Part shown: positions 58,569-64,000 of the stretch, in pieces
How positions within the stretch are numbered: the first letter of the stretch is position 1
Layout: each line of letters opens with the position of its first letter
DNA from: Lingula anatina
Taxonomy: Eukaryota > Animalia > Brachiopoda
Length of the DNA stretch: 64,000 nt
Reading direction: 5' to 3'
Assembly (NCBI GenBank): GCA_051362555.1
Contig: CM120643.1
Coordinates: forward strand, 21,332,848 to 21,396,847
Made by a program: the position numbers and the translations under genes
The notes under the pieces: model-generated
What the model saw: the letters and a program-made list of their open reading frames with translations, nothing else
The model's database searches: none
What the model was told of the DNA's origin: nothing

Positions 58569-61500
58569 CTAGTCCTCTTTCTTGCAAACTTCTACTTCCA
58601 AAAGGTACAGATTACGATGAGTAGTTGGCGACATGACTCGACAGATCTTATACGTGGCCTCCACAGCAAGCATGCGCATTACTTCTGGCAACATTCGCTC
58701 CAGAAAAATCATATCGGTCGTGCGCAACTTCTTGTAGATAAGATCATTGTATTTTGAGATGTGGGTATAGGTGTCGGTCATAGTGGCGATGAGCATATTC
58801 ATGAGGAGAATATTTACAAGCACCACATACGTTATCAGTAATGCTGGCAAAGTAATAACAGGAAAGTTACTTGCAGAAGTGTCTTTGAAGATATTCCCTG
58901 GTATTATCTGAATTTCTGAAAGGCCCACCATCAGTCTAAACAAAGTCCACATGGTGGTGCCAAAACCATCAAACTCGGCTATTTCATCAGACACAATCGC
59001 TGAAGAGGTCGAGGAAGGTAAATGATTATCCATAGCTACACCTATAGCAGAGGAAAACCCCGCCGTCAGGATCAGATATATGATAAGAAATCGAAGCAAA
59101 TCGCCGAGCATGATGCGCTGAATCATAGCAGAGAAGAAACTGGTCTGTCTGAAACCGCGTGTGAAGAAAATTAGGAACACCCATCCAAGAAGAAGAGCTA
59201 AAGGTTGAAACGACTTCACGGCATCGGTCAGGAATGACAGCATAGAAACAGAAAACAGAAGAAGAATGACGTGGAGTTTATTCCAGCTGAGGAACTTCCA
59301 CATATTCAATATGGCGTTGCCTCTGTGTCTCACCGACCATTTTAACGCCCCAGTAAGGCTGTATATGAAGAATAAGAAAGTGCCGACCATAAGGAACAGG
59401 TACACACCTGACGGGAACTTTCTCTTGTATCCAGGTTCATGGATTTGGGCTGAATTGTTCCTGTAGGGAAGCGAAGCATTTGGAATCGAAGATCCATTGG
59501 ACGGCGTTTGGAAGAGTAAAGGATCAAACGCGGGAAGAGATAGTATCAGCATGTAAATTAGATGCAAAATACCCCATGTTATGTAGTACATCCTGTAGTT
59601 GTGCCATTTGATATGCAGCAAATGGTTAATTACCGGAATACTAAGGCATTCTATGCGTTCTTCGTTATTGGTGTACACAAGTAGTTCCAGCGCAGACATT
59701 CGAGACGTACTGAGAACTGGATCAATTTCAGTAACATCGTAAAATGCTGTGGTTGTATGGCCATATTCCCACTGTGAAAACCTGAAAATAAATCATTTTT
59801 TACAACCAGGTCCTCATATAAATGATTAACACTATAGTTGAAATAAACTTTGTGAAAAAAGTTTTTTTTTTCAATAATATATTTAAGCTTTTTGGCCACT
59901 TTAGAGTCTACAAGTGTTAAAGAGCATAGACGTCTGACTGAATTTGCATTTGTAACAGAGCTATCTTCCAGACAGTCTCTATAAACAATCCAGATTGGCT
60001 ATTCCAAAATGAATTTATGTACTTACCTGTATATGTTGTTTGTGTTGAGAATTTTCTCAAACATTTCCTTGACACCGACCTTGGCTGCCAAAGTCAAAGC
60101 AGTGAATTCTTCTCTATTTGCCAAACGGAACAGGTAATGCTTCGCTTCAATGTCTGTGGCGACACTATTCGCCCTGGTCATATCCACGCCTTCGCTTCTA
60201 CACCACCAGCGAGTGGTATTGTTCAGGATTACTTCGTACATCTCCAATGCTTCTTGGAGTTTGTGCTGCGACATTAGGACGATGGTGTGTAGAACGGTGT
60301 TGTCTTGCGAATCTCTGCCATCTAGTGGAGCTCCTTTTTCTATGAGAAGCTGAACTAGTTGAGCATTGCCAGACAGCACAGCAAGTGACAAGGGAAGTTC
60401 GGCGGGAACCAAAGTCCTCTTGAACTGCTCCCCGGTAGCACATTTACGAAGAAGTTTCAGAATGTCGGCCTCAGCCAGATGGTAGAACATGGCTTCCATT
60501 GCTTTGAAGTTTCCGTTTGCCGTGGCGATGTGCAACGCGGTGGCTCCTGTGTAACTACCCGCCATCTCCTTGAAGAGCAATGCCTTTCCCAATCGCTCAA
60601 TCAAGATTATAGCCACTTCGGTGCTATTGTGAAGGAGTGCTATGTGAAGAGGGGTGAGGCCCTTCCGGTACCAACTTCTGTTGGCATCCAGAAAGAAATT
60701 TAACGCTTCGTCACAGACTATCTGTAGCCGGTTGGCATAGTTCTTGGTGCACAACTCCAGGATTTCCTTCTCTAGCCTCGTAACGGCTCTGGGGTCCGTC
60801 TTTGAGCGGAAGCGTTCCATTTCCCACTGAATACGGAGGCGATAGTTCATCTCCTCGTCTGTACCAAGAGAGACATCGGCGGACGGCCACAGCTTGGTGA
60901 ACTCAATCAATATGGACTCTGTATTGTACTCGCCTTCTCCTTCTAAAGAGACGCAGAACTTGCACTTGGGTGTGATGTGCTTGGCGGCCGACTTGATGCC
61001 GAAGATTCTGGCGAAGCAATAGCAACTGCAGTTCTGCCACAGATCCACGCAGCAGCATGGCGTGTTTATAATCACCGAGGGAATATTTCGGACCACCTGG
61101 TTAAAGATTTTTGTATTTTAAGTATAATTTTTCATATTGCATTTCGAAGATTATTGAATTTATAAAATGACTTACTGAAATACGGAATATCAAAAGATAT
61201 ACGTTATATCTTAGCCTTCATCACGTTCATTTTCATAAACCAACGTGTACCCTCCGCATTCTTGGATGCGGGTCTTCATAACTTTGCGTTGTTTGCACGT
61301 AATATGCATAATTCACCAATTAAGCGTAGTTATTGCATAAGTTATTCACAAAATTATAGTTCAAGGTTTATACCTTTTAAAGAACTTTTTAAATCATTCA
61401 AACATGACTTACCCCTAGACAGCAAGTGTTTGTGCAGCGTCCGTCAACAAGATCCCGTGTGGCAGCATAACTATAAAACTCCTCACCAACGTTCCGTGTT

Positions 61501-62930
61501 TCTTTAAATGATGTGGGTACCTCTGGGTTCCTCATTGACCTTCTGGCTGTGTTCTTTTTGCTTCGAAAACTCCGGAGAACCCCCTGCAGTACCGATGGCA
61601 ACGTCCAGTAGGCCTGAAGTCTTTGGCGTGGAAGTCGTCGCTGTCGGTTGCGGGCCAGATTGCCCAGCGCCCCTGGCGGCGCGTGGATGGTGTGGAGTTC
61701 GAGATCGGGTGAGCTGTGCCCTGGGGAAAGAATGGTGGAACATATGATTTTTAATCTAACCAACACACAAAGTTGTGAAGCTATAAAAGATTAAAATATA
61801 TAAAATGATACTTTATTACACAGTGCCATCCTCCTCTTCCTCCTTCTCCTAGATCAAATATCTATGACACGTCTGGTAATGTTATGCCAGTTTTGTATAT
61901 GCTAGTTTTGTATATGTATAGGGCCTACATAAACAATTTAGATACACGTTTCAAGGGCTGGTTCGGGTATCTTGTTCAGGTGCTGATTCTATGCAGTAAA
62001 ATACGAAATATATATATTTTTACTTATTAACTGCAATATACGGATGGACATCTCTCCTCCCCTGAAATAGGTGAACGGTCATCGTTAATCTGTGTGTGCA
62101 TTCGTCAGTGAAAGTGGGTAAACAAAAAAGGTATGGAAGTAAGGTAGGAAATCGAGCTCTGAAGTGAAAATTTGAGTCTTGAAATTAGTTTTACATAGAT
62201 CTTTATTATTCAGAGTCTTAGTCAATGACATCAGTAACGCTAATTTAAAACAAACAAAGAGCCAGCTACCTAGCAGTGCCTTTAAATGTACTGTTCTAGG
62301 TGGTTCTCATTAACTACAAAAATACACAGTTTAAGTTATTTATATTTATCTAAAGAATAAAATAATAATAATAATAATAGAATTTGAACACACAGACCTT
62401 TTCTGGTCATCTCCATAGCCTCTAGGCAGAATTAAACCTTTGAAGTTTTCAAGAACTTTTCCCCAGCTTTGAATCGCACCTATAGCTTTCATGGGATGGG
62501 TACCCGCTTTATATCTACCAACCTGAAGCCCCCAAGCACAACATTTGATATAAATAGCTGAAACTGTTTAGACTGAACAGCCACAGTTATCATCTGCATC
62601 GAACAGTTTACTTAACGGTGCAGTTATTGAGGGTTAGATTAAATGATTTTTAAATTTTTTTGAATAATGATTCAGTACTTGTAAAATATCAGCATACCTA
62701 CTTTACTGACCCACAAACAATGAGATGTTGCGCAAAAATATGCTAGGACCTTATTTTCTATAATTGGCTGAAGGCAATTTAAGGGTTACTTAATTGCTTT
62801 ATATTTTCCGGTAACAATTGGGGGTCAGTTTTAGCGCGATGAGAAGTCCATCACTTCATAATAACCGATATGTAACAGTCGATATGGTCACTAAAACAGA
62901 TCATTTTCAATTTAAATTGTGTGTGTGATA

Positions 62931-62969
<39 letters not shown>

Positions 62970-63068
62970 AAGAAGAAGTTCCCTTTAACATCCAGGCTGT
63001 CTGGCAAATTCCACACACCTTGAACGCGTCATTGCGCTCATCACATCTGACAGCACAAGGGCAAACAT
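58569..63068 (-). CDS. TRPV-family (TRPV5/6-like) cation channel with ankyrin repeats, intact copy B; first exon tentative
   Basis: In-phase exons 63019-63068 (tentative start exon), 61413-61755, 60027-61096, 58569-59781. Ankyrin motifs GLTPLHIAL, YTGATALHIA, ELPLSLAV, DSQDNTVLH, FTALTLAAKVG; linker QWEYGHTTTAFYDVTEID..SALELLV; S4-S5 FTRGFRQTSFFSAMIQRIMLGDLLRF; pore LFRLMVGLSE; S6/TRP LLMNMLIATMTDTY...LERMLP. Confidence 0.9.
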
Positions 63069-64000
63069 CTTCCTTGTTAAAACACACACAAAAAAAATAT
63101 GGTTTCCCCGGGAAACACTGCACGTCTGATCCAAGGAAGTACAATTGTCCCCTTCCTTGATGAGAAGAAGAGGGATGAATTTTTCGGTTATTTTTTTTCT
63201 TCATGTGATATGTGGACATTAGGAAAAGCCTAAAAAGGTTTATTTTCTTACCCCTATTATGTTGTGAATTACGAAATTAAAACAATTAAGAAACAGTGGT
63301 ATATAACATCATAACATTCTGAAAGGCAGTTGGCCATTCGAGGCACTGTTTATCCACCATATGGTTCTAATTCATAGCTAGAAAAAACTGATTACTGACA
63401 ACATGACGCATTTCACTATTTCTCGAAAGCATACGAAGCCTTTTATCATTGCCACCGCCATAATTAATTAAAAGAAGTCAGGATATCAAACTCCACCTTC
63501 CAAAGGTACAGCATGTAGAGGAAAGGTGGAAAAAGTCTTCTGCAAGACTTCATTAAAACTTCACATGGTTTAACCGGTATTAGTTCAACTGTCAAGAAAA
63601 AAACTGTTGATAGCATCTCAAACCATCTGCGCGGTAACCTAAACTACGATGTTCCCTTCTCATGCTTTGAAATTTCTAATGCAAAACCATCTCCATAGAA
63701 TCCGATGAAAAATGCGCCAAACGTACCTCCAAATAAACATGCCTATGATTAGCTTTTATTTTTTTAAGAGTGTGCGTCATAACAGATCCAGAGCCACCGT
63801 TAAGTGTCATCACCCTGTGTAACTTTCAAACTTATAAATGTGACCCCCCCCCCCCCCCTACTCAGCATATACGTCGGAGTCTCTTGTCAGAGGTGAATTA
63901 ACATAGTCTGATACTCGGGGTGATTATCGTACACGTGGAACGAAAAATAATTGCTTTTTGGTGTAAAATCGTTGGCGGCTACACTGTATATGTACATGTT

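Larger units (their letters stand above)
50918..64000. repeat. Tandem segmental duplication, unit ~7.25 kb (copy A from 50918; copy B from 58170 to beyond the window)
   Basis: Collinear high identity through 3' flank, exons, introns and 5' flank (TTGCCTCTC(C/T)AGACTTG at 50918 and 58170; CTGATACTCGGGGTGATTATCG at 56301 and 63908). Confidence 0.95.

Noticed and set aside
50918-64000. TRPV duplication as an uncollapsed-haplotype assembly artefact
   Set aside because: The copies differ by many intronic substitutions, large indels and MITE content, which fits a real tandem duplication better; not fully excluded without read depth in a highly heterozygous animal

Overview
AT-rich, intron-rich animal genomic DNA. 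Gene content and repeat types suggest a lophotrochozoan, probably a mollusc (inference). Left to right: (1) the 5' part of HYDIN, the ciliary central-pair protein, on the minus strand with about 47 coding exons, running off the left edge; (2) PRELID3B/SLMO, head-to-head with HYDIN, with a solo LTR in intron 1; (3) PRMT7 on the minus strand, 14 exons, with MITEs and a Helentron-like element carrying a ~146-bp tandem array in its introns; (4) a repeat-rich spacer; (5) a ~7.25-kb tandem duplication of an intron-poor TRPV-type channel gene. The right TRPV copy is intact. In the left copy, 224 bp were deleted and replaced by DNA identical to a MITE 4 kb away, giving a last-exon stop that would leave an ankyrin-only protein. 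Other signals: candidate HYDIN cassette and micro-exons, two with a CTCF-type motif at their donor; an LTR with an internal intron pointing at HYDIN; a possible mitochondrial-targeting extension on PRMT7; and clustered replacements in the TRPV pore turret. No wholly new system can be demonstrated from sequence alone. All exon coordinates were read by eye.
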